A program made the translations under genes and the position numbers. Positions 1 to 8,740 of a stretch of 64,000 bases of DNA are shown here, in pieces; the first letter of the stretch is position 1, and each line of letters begins with the position of its first letter. The DNA comes from Candidatus Marinacidobacterium sp. (GTDB taxonomy: Bacteria; Acidobacteriota; Vicinamibacteria; Marinacidobacterales; Marinacidobacteraceae), in assembly GCA_965243415.1 (NCBI GenBank), contig OZ251549.1, positions 2,555,632-2,619,631 of the forward strand, written 5' to 3'. The notes under the pieces are model-generated. The model was not told the origin of the DNA and made no database searches. It saw nothing but the letters and a program-made list of their open reading frames with translations.

Positions 1-2665
1 GGAGGTCCCAGGCCACCCGGTGGATCCCGGCGGATTTCGGGGCGGGAACGCGGCGGACGAAACGGCCGGCGTCGTCGCGGATGACCACCGAGAGGGCCGG
101 CGGTTCTTCCCGGTCTTCCGCCCGCAACTCGTCCCAGGTCGGGTAGGGCAGCGGTTCGCCGGCGGCGGCGTTCGCGCGCTCCCGGTCGCGGCGCGCCTCC
201 CGGAGCGAACGGACCGGCTCCTTCCGGTAGAAGGTGACGACCGCGCCGAAGGGGGGATTCGGGGCGGTGAAGAAGGCGTCGCCCTGCTGCGACTTCTCGC
301 CGCCGCCGAGCGGGTTCGCCTCCACATACATCCAGGGGTCCTTCACCGGGAAGACCTGGGAATCCGCGGCGAGGGTTTCGGCGGAGAGGTGGCGCAGGGG
401 GGTGTAGTCGTCGAGGATGAAGAAGCCGCGGCCGAAGGAGGCGGCCACCAGGTCGTTCTCCCGGGTCTGGATCTCCAGGTCGCGGACGGGGATCGTCGGC
501 ATTCCCCCCTTGAGACGCACCCAGTGTGCACCGCCGTCGTTCGTTACGAACAGGCCGAACTCGGTGCCGAGGAACAGCAGTCCTTCCTGGCCGGGGTCCT
601 CGACCAGCGTCCAGGCGAGCTGGTCTGCGGGCAGGTCGCCGGTGAGGTCTTCCCAGGTGAGGCCCCGGTCGTCGCTGCGTTTCACATAGGGGCGGAAGTC
701 GCCCTGCTTGTGGTTGTTGAAGACCGCGTACACCCGGTTCTCCCGGTGGCGGGAGGCGTGGAGGTCGGCCACATAGGTGAGCGGGGGCACGCCGGGGACC
801 GAATCCACCGCGCGCCATTCCAGGCCGCCGTCGCCGCTGACCTGGATCAGGCCGTCGTCCATCCCGGCGTAGAGCAGTCCTTCGACCAGCGGGGATTCGT
901 CGAGCGCCACCATGTTCCCGTACGTCGAGGTGAAGACATTCCGCCATACCGCGTCCACGCTCCAGGACCTTCCCATGACCGGGGTTTCGGAACGGTCGAT
1001 GCCGCGGGTGAGGTCCGGGCTGACCGGGCGCCAGGTGTTCGCGCGGTCGTCGCTGCGGTAGAGCCGGTTCGCGCCGAAGTAGAGGCGTTTCCCGTCGTGG
1101 GGCGAGATGAGGAGCGGGGAATCCCAGTTCCACTTGAGCGGCGGGTCTCCCGGTTCCGGCTGCGGCTGGATGTCCACCCGTTCGCCGGTGCGGCGGTCGA
1201 AACGGGCGATGCCGGCGTACTGGAACTGCGCATAGACGAGGTTCGGGTCGTCGGGGTCCACGCGCGCCTGGAAGCCGTCGCCGCCGATCACGTCCAGCCA
1301 GTCGCTGTTGCGGATGCCGTGGAGGTTCGCCGTGCGCGAGGGGCCGCCGAGGGTGGCGTTGTCCTGGGTGCCGCCGTACACCCGGTAGAACGGGAAGTGG
1401 TTGTCGATGCCCACCCGGTAGAACTGGGTGAGGTTCTGGTTGGCGTGGAACTTCCAGTGGTCGCCGAGGTCCCAACTCTCGTAGAGGCCGCCGTCGGAAG
1501 CCATGAGCAGGTAGTCGGGGTCGTCGGGGTCGAACTCCAGGTCGTGGTTGTCCACATGCTTCCATCGGGTGTTCACGCCGCGGAAGGTCTTCCCCCCGTC
1601 GTCGGTGACCTGGGTCACCACATCCATGGAATAGACGCGGCCGGGGCGGTGCGGGTCGGGGAAGATCTCCATGTAGTACTGGGGGTCCACGCAGACGTAG
1701 TCGCTGCGCTTCTCCCAACTCTCGCCGCGGTCGGTGGAGCGGTAGAAGCCGCCGGCGTCGTCGGAGGCGGCGATGAGCGCGTACACGATGTCCGGGTCGT
1801 GGGGGGAGAGCGCCAGGCCGATGCGGCCGAGGTCGTGGCGCGCCGGGGAGGGGAGACCCCGGGTCAGTTGCCGCCAGGTGGCGCCGCCGTCTTCGGACTT
1901 GTGGATGCCTCCTTCGGGGCCGCCGGCGACGAGCAGGCCGGTATGGCGGCGGCGCTGCCAGGAGGCCGCGTATATCCGGTCGGGGTTTCGCGGGTCGAGG
2001 ACGACCTCGCTGATACCGGTGTCTTCGGAGATATGGAGCACGCGCTCCCAGGTTTCGCCGGCGTCGGTGGTCTTGTAGAGGCCGCGGTCGCCGCCGGATC
2101 TCCAGAGCGGGCCCTGCGCGGCCACATAGACGGTGTCCGGGTCGCGGGGGTCGAGGACGATCTTGCCGATGTGTTCCGATTCCGGGAGGCCCAGGTGTTC
2201 GAAGGAATCACCGGCGTCGCGGCTGCGGTACACGCCGTTGCCGTAACCGACCGATCTCTGGCCGTTGTTCTCGCCGGTTCCCAGCCAGAGGACCTGCGGG
2301 TTCGTCGGGTCCACGACGACGGTGGCGACCGAATAGACCGGGTAGTCGTCGAAGATGGGTTCCCAGGTGGTGCCCCGGTTCCTCGTGCGGAAGGCGCCGC
2401 CGGAGGCGACCGCGATGTACCAGGTGGCGCGGTCGGTGGGGTCGATCGCGACATCGGCGATGCGGCCCGAACGGGAGCCCGGGCCGATGGCGCGGAGTTC
2501 GAGGCCGGCGAGCAGGTCGGCGTCGATCGCCGGGGTTTCGCTTTCCTGCGCGGGGGCGGGCGCGGCGCCGGGGAATGCCGTCGCGCAGAGGGTCAGCGCC
2601 AGTGCGGCGGCGCAGGGGAAGCGGAAGGGGAGGGAGGGGGCGCGGGGGTTCGCGTTCGGTTTCAT
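1..2665 (-). CDS. BNR/sortilin-like repeat protein (glycosyl-hydrolase-like beta-propeller), 3' partial; C-terminus lies before window start
   Basis: Reverse-complement reading from an ATG at 2665..2663 gives MKPNANPRAPSLPFRFPCAAALALTLCATAFPGAAPAPAQESETPAID..., a signal peptide. In the same frame near 1860-1920 it gives PEGGIHKSEDGGATWRQLT, a BNR/Asp-box-like S-x-D-G-x-T-W motif. The frame runs open to position 1, so the gene is absent from the ORF track. The 1253-aa plus-strand ORF 20..3781 is its low-complexity antisense. Confidence 0.6.
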   Translation of the reverse strand, partial: MKPNANPRAPSLPFRFPCAAALALTLCATAFPGAAPAPAQESETPAIDADLLAGLELRAIGPGSRSGRIADVAIDPTDRATWYIAVASGGAFRTRNRGTTWEPIFDDYPVYSVATVVVDPTNPQVLWLGTGENNGQRSVGYGNGVYRSRDAGDSFEHLGLPESEHIGKIVLDPRDPDTVYVAAQGPLWRSGGDRGLYKTTDAGETWERVLHISEDTGISEVVLDPRNPDRIYAASWQRRRHTGLLVAGGPEGGIHKSEDGGATWRQLTRGLPSPARHDLGRIGLALSPHDPDIVYALIAASDDAGGFYRSTDRGESWEKRSDYVCVDPQYYMEIFPDPHRPGRVYSMDVVTQVTDDGGKTFRGVNTRWKHVDNHDLEFDPDDPDYLLMASDGGLYESWDLGDHWKFHANQNLTQFYRVGIDNHFPFYRVYGGTQDNATLGGPSRTANLHGIRNSDWLDVIGGDGFQARVDPDDPNLVYAQFQYAGIARFDRRTGERVDIQPQPEPGDPPLKWNWDSPLLISPHDGKRLYFGANRLYRSDDRANTWRPVSPDLTRGIDRSETPVMGRSWSVDAVWRNVFTSTYGNMVALDESPLVEGLLYAGMDDGLIQVSGDGGLEWRAVDSVPGVPPLTYVADLHASRHRENRVYAVFNNHKQGDFRPYVKRSDDRGLTWEDLTGDLPADQLAWTLVEDPGQEGLLFLGTEFGLFVTNDGGAHWVRLKGGMPTIPVRDLEIQTRENDLVAASFGRGFFILDDYTPLRHLSAETLAADSQVFPVKDPWMYVEANPLGGGEKSQQGDAFFTAPNPPFGAVVTFYRKEPVRSLREARRDRERANAAAGEPLPYPTWDELRAEDREEPPALSVVIRDDAGRFVRRVPAPKSAGIHRVAWDL

Positions 2666-2680
2666 CGCGGTCGGGTTCCG

Positions 2681-3607
2681 TCAGTCGAGGAGGGCGGCCA
2701 CATGCGCGGCGGCGGCGCGCGCCTGGCCGTCCAGGTTGTAGCCGCCTTCGAGGAGCGAGACCAGGCGGCCCTCGCAGTGGTGGTCGGCGACTTCCCTCAG
2801 GGTGCGGGTCATCCGGGTGAAGGCGTCATCGGTGACCTCGAAGGAGCCCAGCAGGTCGTCGCGGCGGCTGTCGAAGCCGGCGGAGACCAGGACGAAGTCC
2901 GGACGGAACCGCTCCACCGCCGGGAGGAGGACGCGGTCCCAGGAGGAGAGCAGGTCGCGGTCGGTGGCGCCGGGGCCGAGGTGGACATTCAGGTTCGTCC
3001 CGCTGCCTTCCCCGGCGCCGGTGTGCGCGGGGTCGCCGGTGCCCGGGTAGTCGTACCAGTTGTGGGTCGAGAAGAAGAGGACGCTCGGGTCGCGGTAGAA
3101 GGCGTTCTGGGTGCCGTTGCCGTGGTGGTAGTCCCAGTCCACGATGAGCACCCGCTCGTGGCCGCAGACGCGCCGGGCGTAGCGGGCGGCGACCGCGGCG
3201 TTCGAGAAGAAGCAGAAGCCCTCCTCGGCGCCGGCGTCGTTCGCGTGGTGGCCCGGGGGGCGGACGGCGCAGAAGGCGTTCCTGAGCCGGCCGGCGGAGA
3301 CCTCGCGCACCGCGGCGAGGGCGCCGGCGACCGCCAGTTCGGCGATCTCGCCGGTGGTGGGGATGCGGCGGATGCGGTCCACATGCTCCCGGGTGTGGTG
3401 GCCGAGGATCGCGCCGAGGGGGTCGGGCCAGTTCTCCACCGGGACCAGTTCGGGGAGGAGGCCGGCGGCGGCGAGGGCCTCGCGGATCCTGGTGAGCCGG
3501 GCGGGGGACTCGGGGTGGCCGGGGCGGATGTTGTGGCGGAGGAAGGCCTCGCGGTACACGAGTCCGGTGCGCTTCTCCGGGGTTCGTTCGTTCGGTTCGT
3601 TCGGCAT
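2681..3607 (-). CDS. histone deacetylase family protein (AcuC/AphA-like)
   Basis: 308-aa product starts MPNEPNERTPEKRTGLVYREAFLRH. It contains the HDAC signatures PPGHHA, FCFFSNAAVAA and DWDYHHGNGTQ, plus the C-terminal EGGY motif. The start ATG at 3607 was verified by reverse complement. Confidence 0.85.
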   Translation of the reverse strand: MPNEPNERTPEKRTGLVYREAFLRHNIRPGHPESPARLTRIREALAAAGLLPELVPVENWPDPLGAILGHHTREHVDRIRRIPTTGEIAELAVAGALAAVREVSAGRLRNAFCAVRPPGHHANDAGAEEGFCFFSNAAVAARYARRVCGHERVLIVDWDYHHGNGTQNAFYRDPSVLFFSTHNWYDYPGTGDPAHTGAGEGSGTNLNVHLGPGATDRDLLSSWDRVLLPAVERFRPDFVLVSAGFDSRRDDLLGSFEVTDDAFTRMTRTLREVADHHCEGRLVSLLEGGYNLDGQARAAAAHVAALLD

Positions 3608-3699
3608 GGGGGCAACGATACTGCCCGTCGTGCCCGCCCGTCGTGCGGGGGGCTGCGGGGCGTTCGGGTCGGGGCCGGGTTCCGCGGCGTGGCGGGGGT

Positions 3700-3830
3700 T
3701 CGGAGGCGAAGCGGTGTCGTCGAGTTCGCCCGCGGGTCGGTGTCGTCGGGTTCGCCGGCGGGGTCGGGGTCGTCGCGTTGATCCGCGGGGTCGGATCTTC
3801 GGGCTGGTCCGCGGGGTCGGGGTCTTCTGG
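3700..3830. repeat. about five imperfect tandem copies of a ~24-nt unit (gggtcggKgtcgtcgRgttcgccSgcg) in the HDAC/methyltransferase divergent intergenic region
   Basis: Seen directly in sequence 3701-3830. Confidence 0.5.
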
Positions 3831-4129
3831 TTCGTCCGCGGAGTGCTCTTGCGTGTCGGCCGGGTCGGCGGGTGTCCGATTCGGTGCCGGGTACCTGACG
3901 AGTTCGCCGGCGTCGGCCGCGACCGGCCGGTTCGGGGCTCCGGCTTCGGGATCGCGATTCGGGCAGCTTCCGCCCGTTCCGTTCCGGGCCGGCCATCCGT
4001 CGTCCGGTCCGCGGCCCGCTCTTTCCGCCTCGGAGCGCGCGGCGGCTCTCCGGACCTGCCGCCGGTCACCGCCGAGGGCGTCGGCGGCGGTCCGGCCTCC
4101 GGGGTCGTCCCTCCGGTGCGATCCTCGGG

Positions 4130-4873
4130 GTGCGGACGCCCGGCGCCGCCCGTTCCCCGGTACTGTTCTCCCCGCCCGTGCCCCACCACCGCGACCGCCG
4201 GAAGGACCGGCAGCACCACGGCGGGCGGCGGCCCTGGTGGAAGTCCTTCCGCACCACCGCCGCCGTCGGCTACGCCGTGCGGCACTACGAGGGCGCCTGG
4301 AACCGGATGGTGGCGGAGCGGGCCGGGGTGGTCGCCGGGGACCGCATCCTGGACATCGGCTGCGGGCCGGGGCACGGGGCGATCCTGCTGGCGGAGGCGG
4401 CGCCGCGGGTCGAGGTGCGGGCGGTGGACCCGGCCTGGCCGTTCGTGCTGGTCACCGGGTTCCGGGCGTTCCGGAAGCGGTTGACGGTGCTGGCGCGGAA
4501 CGGGGCGGCGGAACGCCTGCCGGCGCCGGACGGGTGGGCGACGCTGGCGGTGTCGGTGAACGCCTTCCACCACTGGGCGGCGCCCCGGGCGGGGTTGGCG
4601 GAGGTGCGGCGGGTGCTGGCGCCCGGGGGGCGGCTGGTGCTGGTGGACGAGATCTTTTCCGAGGACCACCGGCACACGAAGTTCCACCGGGAGGAGGAGA
4701 CGGTGGACCCGGTGCATGCCGGGAGCCCATCGGTGCGGGAGTGGCTGGCCGGGTTGGGGTTCGTCGGGATCACGGTGGAGCGGGTGGAGGACGCCGAGGA
4801 GACGCCGCACCACCTGCTGCGGGCTTCGGTTCCGGGGGCCGGTTCCGGGGCGGCGGGGGCGGCCGGGGGCTGA
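4130..4873 (+). CDS. class I SAM-dependent methyltransferase
   Basis: Contains ILDIGCGPGHGA (SAM-binding motif I) and a downstream LVLVDE acidic motif. The exact start is uncertain; the first ~40 residues of the ORF look low-complexity, and an internal start near 4300 is possible. Confidence 0.6.
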   Translation: MRTPGAARSPVLFSPPVPHHRDRRKDRQHHGGRRPWWKSFRTTAAVGYAVRHYEGAWNRMVAERAGVVAGDRILDIGCGPGHGAILLAEAAPRVEVRAVDPAWPFVLVTGFRAFRKRLTVLARNGAAERLPAPDGWATLAVSVNAFHHWAAPRAGLAEVRRVLAPGGRLVLVDEIFSEDHRHTKFHREEETVDPVHAGSPSVREWLAGLGFVGITVERVEDAEETPHHLLRASVPGAGSGAAGAAGG

Positions 4874-5106
4874 GTCGGGGGGGAGAAAGCGCGGAAGGCG
4901 TGCCGGGACCGGGTCCTGCCGACACCCGGACCGCCGATGCCGGGAGTGGTAGGTTCCCGGATGGCGCACGTGAGACGGTAAAAATCTGCCTGCCGTAACC
5001 GGCCCCGTCAGGGGTGAGTGTGCAATGTGGGGTTCTGGCGGGCCCCACCGTGCGCCACCCTGCTTCGGGCTCCGGGGTCGGGGCCGCGGGTCGGGGCCGG
5101 CCGCGC

Positions 5107-5112
5107 CCTATA
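5107..5112 (+). promoter_or_regulatory. TATAAT -10-like hexamer about 60 nt upstream of tRNA-Leu
   Basis: gcgcccTATAATcccgcg is an AT island in a GC-rich context. No clear -35 element. Confidence 0.3.
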
Positions 5113-5172
5113 ATCCCGCGCCCCGTCCGGCGGCGCCGGTCGCGGGCGGGCGCGGCGGGTGATGCGCCGAGT

Positions 5173-5258
5173 GCCGAAGTGGTGGAATGGAAGACACGTG
5201 CGCTTGAGGGGCGTATGGGATCAGTCCCGTGGGGGTTCGAATCCCCCCTTCGGCACCA
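5173..5258 (+). tRNA. tRNA-Leu (anticodon GAG), encoded CCA
   Basis: Manual fold: acceptor GCCGAAG/CTTCGGC; D-arm GTGG..CAC; anticodon stem TGCGC/GCGTA with loop TTGAGGG (anticodon GAG); long variable arm; T-arm GGGGG-TTCGAAT-CCCCC; discriminator A plus CCA. Confidence 0.85.
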
Positions 5259-5321
5259 GCGCCGCCGGTTCCCGGGGCGCCCGCGGGGGTCGGGGGCGGC
5301 GGGAGTCTTGAGGTTCTACGG

Positions 5322-5675
5322 ATGGCTTCGGGCGAGAACGCGATGACCGGGAGGGGCCGGGCGCTGGAGGATCTGTTCCTCGACCGGTGCCTGAAGGGGG
5401 CGGAGGTGCTGCGGAAACTGCTCGGTCGGCCCCGCACCGAGTTCCTGCGGATGATCGGGGAGCACGGCGCGGTCGGGGCGACGAAACGGCTCCTCCGGGC
5501 GCCGCGGGCGAGCGACACCTTCACCGTCCGGTGGGAGAAGGGGAAACTCGACCTCACGATGGAGTGGTTCGTGGTCGGCGAGCCCGAGTGGGATCCGCTT
5601 TTCGACGACGAGGATCGCCGGGCGGCGGCGCGGCGGCTGCGGGACTACGGGTGCGTCCCGCCGCGGGATTTCTGA
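5322..5675 (+). CDS. hypothetical protein (117 aa)
   Basis: ATG at 5322 with high third-position GC. Product MASGENAMTGRGRALEDLFLDRCLKGAEVLRKLLGRPRTEFLRMIGEHG... has no family I can name. It is the first gene after the tRNA. Confidence 0.45.
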   Translation: MASGENAMTGRGRALEDLFLDRCLKGAEVLRKLLGRPRTEFLRMIGEHGAVGATKRLLRAPRASDTFTVRWEKGKLDLTMEWFVVGEPEWDPLFDDEDRRAAARRLRDYGCVPPRDF

Positions 5676-5745
5676 TCCCGGTCGCGCCGGCGAGCCTGAA
5701 TCGCTCCCGGGGGCGGGGAAGCGGCTCCGGCCGGGGGTCGTCCGG

Positions 5746-6339
5746 TTACTCGGAAGAGTCTGCGGCGGGACCGGCGGGTCTCCCGGTCGCCTGTTCCAAC
5801 CGCTCCGGCATCTTCCGGGTGGCCGCCTGCCGTTCGATGCGGATCTCCCGGATTCGGGCCTCCGCTTCCGCGTCGGTCCGGTGGGCCGGGTGCTCCGCGA
5901 GGCTGCGGAGCGCCTCGATCGCGTCGCGGTTGCGGGCGCTCGGGGTGTCCGGGTCGGGCCGGACCAGCGTCGGGCGGGGCTTTGTTTCGCTCGGGGTTTC
6001 GTTCGGGGGTTCGCTCCGGGGCGTGCTCGTCGCGGTCGGGTCGGGGGGTTCAGGGGCAGGATTCAGGGCAGGGGATCGAGGTTCGGGGGGACTCGGGGGC
6101 GGGGAGTCATCGCCGGCGGGCGGCGCCACCGGCTCCTCCGGCGGCAGGTCGAACTTCTCCAGCATCTGCTGGGTGGACTCCTCGCGCATGAGGCGGATCT
6201 CGCGGATCCAATCCTCCATCTCCATCTCCATCCGCGCCGGAAGCGGTTGCGCCCGGAGTTTGCGGAGCGCTTCGAGGGCCTTGCGGTTGCGGTCGCTCAG
6301 GTCTGCCGGGCCGGTCCGGTTCGGGGGTCGCTGCGGCAT
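5746..6339 (-). CDS. protein with two tandem copies of a VapB-antitoxin C-terminal (toxin-binding)-like module, no RHH domain
   Basis: Module 1 is SDRNRKALEALRKLRAQP...EDWIREIRLMREESTQQMLEKFD; module 2 is SARNRDAIEALRSLAEHP...EARIREIRIERQAATRKMPERLEQ. They are joined by a Pro-rich linker. Both resemble the C-terminus of the VapB at 7479..7805 (QEALEALRRLRELP...EAWIREIRLMGEESDRHMLDKIARA). Confidence 0.5.
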   Translation of the reverse strand: MPQRPPNRTGPADLSDRNRKALEALRKLRAQPLPARMEMEMEDWIREIRLMREESTQQMLEKFDLPPEEPVAPPAGDDSPPPSPPEPRSPALNPAPEPPDPTATSTPRSEPPNETPSETKPRPTLVRPDPDTPSARNRDAIEALRSLAEHPAHRTDAEAEARIREIRIERQAATRKMPERLEQATGRPAGPAADSSE

Positions 6340-6395
6340 GGTTTCGCCCGGGGGTTTCGTTCCGGTCGGCGTTCGTCGCGGCCCGGTCCGGCGAT

Positions 6396-6653
6396 TCAGG
6401 GTCGGCAGGACTCGGGGGCGGGATCATCGCCGGCGGGCGGTACGACCGGCCGGTTCCCGGCCCGCGCGGTCTTGTCCAGCATCCGGCGGGTGGATTCCTC
6501 GCGCATGAGGCGGATCTCGCGGACCCAGGCCTCGCGCTCTGCGTCCGTCCGCGCCGGCGGCTGCGCCCACAGTTTGCGGAGCGCTTCGAGGGCCTTGCGG
6601 TTGCGGTCGCTGAGGGCGTCCCGGGCGGGCTGGCCGGGCGTTGGGTGCGGCAT
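6396..6653 (-). CDS. single-module antitoxin-C-terminal-like small protein (85 aa)
   Basis: Internal ATG at 6653 gives MPHPTPGQPARDALSDRNRKALEALRKLWAQPPARTDAEREAWVREIRLMREESTRRMLDKTARAGNRPVVPPAGDD. The longer N-terminal extension in the ORF track is low-complexity. Confidence 0.45.
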   Translation of the reverse strand: MPHPTPGQPARDALSDRNRKALEALRKLWAQPPARTDAEREAWVREIRLMREESTRRMLDKTARAGNRPVVPPAGDDPAPESCRP

Positions 6654-7101
6654 CGTTTCGCTCGGGGTCTTAGGCTCGGGGTCTCGTTCCTGATGGCGTT
6701 CGTGGCGGTCGATTCCGGGAGTCCGGGTCGAGGGAGGCGGATCGTCGGCGCTTCCGATTTCGTTGCCGGCGGACTGCTCGCCGGGTTCGGAACGGAGGGA
6801 ACCGGGGAAGCGGGAGGCTACCGCGCCGGATCGCGGCGCGCCGGGCGACGACCCGTGAGCCGGATCCGCGGCGCAGCGCCGCGAAGGCCACCCCGGCGCC
6901 GACGCCGCCCCGGGCGACACCCCGTGTTGCGGTAACCCCCCGGGGGCGCGAGGGCTGCCGGACGCGGTCTCGAAGGTCCCGACAGGTGGGCCTCGTTCCA
7001 TCTCTCCCGCCGCCTGCGTGTCCCCGCGTCCCTCGCTCGAGTTCGGGGGAGACGTCCGGAAGAGACGGAAACGGGCATTCCGTCGCCGGAGGCGATCCGC
7101 G

Positions 7102-7482
7102 TCAGGTCGTCAGGACGGTGAGCCCTTCGATCTCGAACCGGCGGAAGTCCGCGTAATTGCTCGTAGCCACCGCGGCGTTCGACGACAGCGCTACCGCGGC
7201 GATGAGGCAGTCCCTGAACAATTTGCGCCGCCGCCCGGAGATGTTGAAGAGCCGCGCCGCGGTCTCGGCATCGGGGCCGGTGAGCGGAACCGTTTTCGAC
7301 AGCAGTCGACGGGCGGTGCTCCTCTCGTCGGGCGTCGTCGGCCCGCACCAGAACTCGGCCCAGGCGACAGCGCTGATCTGGATCTCGGCGCCCTGGTCGA
7401 TCCACTCCTGGAGTCGCGAATGCTGCGGCAGGTCGGGATCCAGGGCTCCGATCAGGAAACTGGTGTCGAGGTGGATCGTCAC
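7102..7482 (-). CDS. vapC: type II toxin VapC (PIN-domain RNase)
   Basis: MTIHLDTSFLIG (Asp6), the AWAEF Glu, RDCLIAAVA Asp and TSNYADF are the canonical PIN acidic positions. There is a 4-nt ATGA overlap with the upstream antitoxin. Confidence 0.85.
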   Translation of the reverse strand: MTIHLDTSFLIGALDPDLPQHSRLQEWIDQGAEIQISAVAWAEFWCGPTTPDERSTARRLLSKTVPLTGPDAETAARLFNISGRRRKLFRDCLIAAVALSSNAAVATSNYADFRRFEIEGLTVLTT

Positions 7483-7805
7483 GAAGCATCGTCTCCGGAA
7501 ATCGGCTTCCTTCTCGCCCGCGCGATCTTGTCCAGCATGTGGCGGTCGGACTCCTCGCCCATGAGGCGGATCTCACGAATCCACGCCTCGGTCTCCGCGC
7601 TCGTCCTCGCCCTCGGGAGCTCTCGGAGGCGGCGGAGCGCTTCGAGCGCCTCCTGCTTGTAGGGCTTCTCCCGTTCTGCGGTGGCGCGGATGGCGCGGCG
7701 CACCGCTTCCGTCCGGGAGACCTCCCAGTGGGCGGCGAGTTCCTCCACCCGTCCGGCGGTGTCGAGGTCGAACGAGTAGGTGAACTTCCTCGTGATGCTG
7801 GCCAT
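7479..7805 (-). CDS. vapB: type II antitoxin VapB, ribbon-helix-helix N-terminus plus toxin-binding C-terminus
   Basis: Start chosen at MASITRKFTYSFDLDTAGRVEELAAHWEVSRTEAVRRAIRA (RHH beta-alpha-alpha). The C-terminal half matches the repeated module. The ORF-track start 7838 would read through the operator palindrome. Confidence 0.75.
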   Translation of the reverse strand: MASITRKFTYSFDLDTAGRVEELAAHWEVSRTEAVRRAIRATAEREKPYKQEALEALRRLRELPRARTSAETEAWIREIRLMGEESDRHMLDKIARARRKPISGDDAS

Positions 7806-7829
7806 ACAGCCATATCCTAGCGTATGGCC
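7800..7829. promoter_or_regulatory. perfect 8-bp-arm inverted repeat GGCCATAC-N14-GTATGGCC overlapping the vapB start codon (candidate RHH autoregulatory operator)
   Basis: ggccatacagccatatcctagcgtatggcc is seen directly. The spacer is an AT island. Confidence 0.5.
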
Positions 7830-8141
7830 AGCCAGCACGGGTCGGGCGGAGGATGGCCGCGGGGGAGATCGGGGTTCGCCGGCGGTCGGGAACGGCGGAT
7901 GAGCGGGGTCGGCGGGCGGGGATCCGGTCTCCGCGACCCTGCGGGCCGCCTCGGGTTCCGGCCCTGCGGAGTCGCGCTCGGCCGCCGGTCCGGCCGGGTC
8001 CCCGTTCGTTCCGGGGGCGCCTCGCCGGGGTCCGCGGGACGGCGGGCGGCCGGTTCCGGGACGACGACGGGCGGCCGCCGCGGGGCTTCCGCCGTTCTCG
8101 ATGGCAGAGGCCGGCGGCGCCTCGGGGCGGGGAGCCGGGCC

Positions 8142-8714
8142 TCAGTCGGAGTCGCGGCTGTCGGACGGGACCGGCTTCCGTCCCGCCCGTTCGAACTGCT
8201 CCTGCAGATGGCGGGTGAGCTCTTCCCGCCGGAGGCGGACTTCGCGGATCCAGGCCTCGATCTCCTCCTTCGTCCGGGTTCCGGGCAGGGTCTGCAGCCG
8301 GCGGAGCGCTTCGAGTTGCTTCCGTCTGCGTTCGATCCGGGCCGCGGGGTCGGACGGCCGGGAGGGCCGGGGCTCGCCGGGGAGCGGGTTCCCGGCGGTC
8401 GCGTCGGGCGATTCGGGGTCGGGCGATTCGGGGCCGGGCGGTACCGGTTCGGGGGAAGCGGAGGGGACGCGGGGGTGGGCGTCGTCGTCGCCGGGGGGCG
8501 GTGCGACCCACGGCATCCACGCCCGTTCCAACTTCTCCAGCAGGTGGAGAGTGGACTCCTCTCCCATGAGGCGGACTTCGCGGATCCAGGCCTCGGTCTC
8601 CTCCTGCGTCCGGGTCCCCGGCAGGGCCTGCAGCCGGCGGAGCGCTTCGAGTTGCTCGCGCCGGCGGTCACTCCGGGCGGCTGCGTCGGGCCGGTCGTCC
8701 GGTCGGGCGGACAC
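8142..8714 (-). CDS. protein with two tandem antitoxin-C-terminal-like modules
   Basis: SDRRREQLEALRRLQALPGTRTQEETEAWIREVRLMGEESTLHLLEKLERA and ERRRKQLEALRRLQTLPGTRTKEEIEAWIREVRLRREELTRHLQEQFERA, each followed by a P(V/W)...GDD tail like the other copies. Confidence 0.5.
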   Translation of the reverse strand: MSARPDDRPDAAARSDRRREQLEALRRLQALPGTRTQEETEAWIREVRLMGEESTLHLLEKLERAWMPWVAPPPGDDDAHPRVPSASPEPVPPGPESPDPESPDATAGNPLPGEPRPSRPSDPAARIERRRKQLEALRRLQTLPGTRTKEEIEAWIREVRLRREELTRHLQEQFERAGRKPVPSDSRDSD

Positions 8715-8740
8715 GGCGGCGCCTCCCGGGCGGGCTCCCG

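Noticed and set aside
20-3781. 1253-aa plus-strand ORF
   Set aside because: Gly/Val/Ala/Glu low-complexity translation typical of the antisense frame of high-GC genes. The opposite strand encodes a recognisable BNR/sortilin-like protein and an HDAC.
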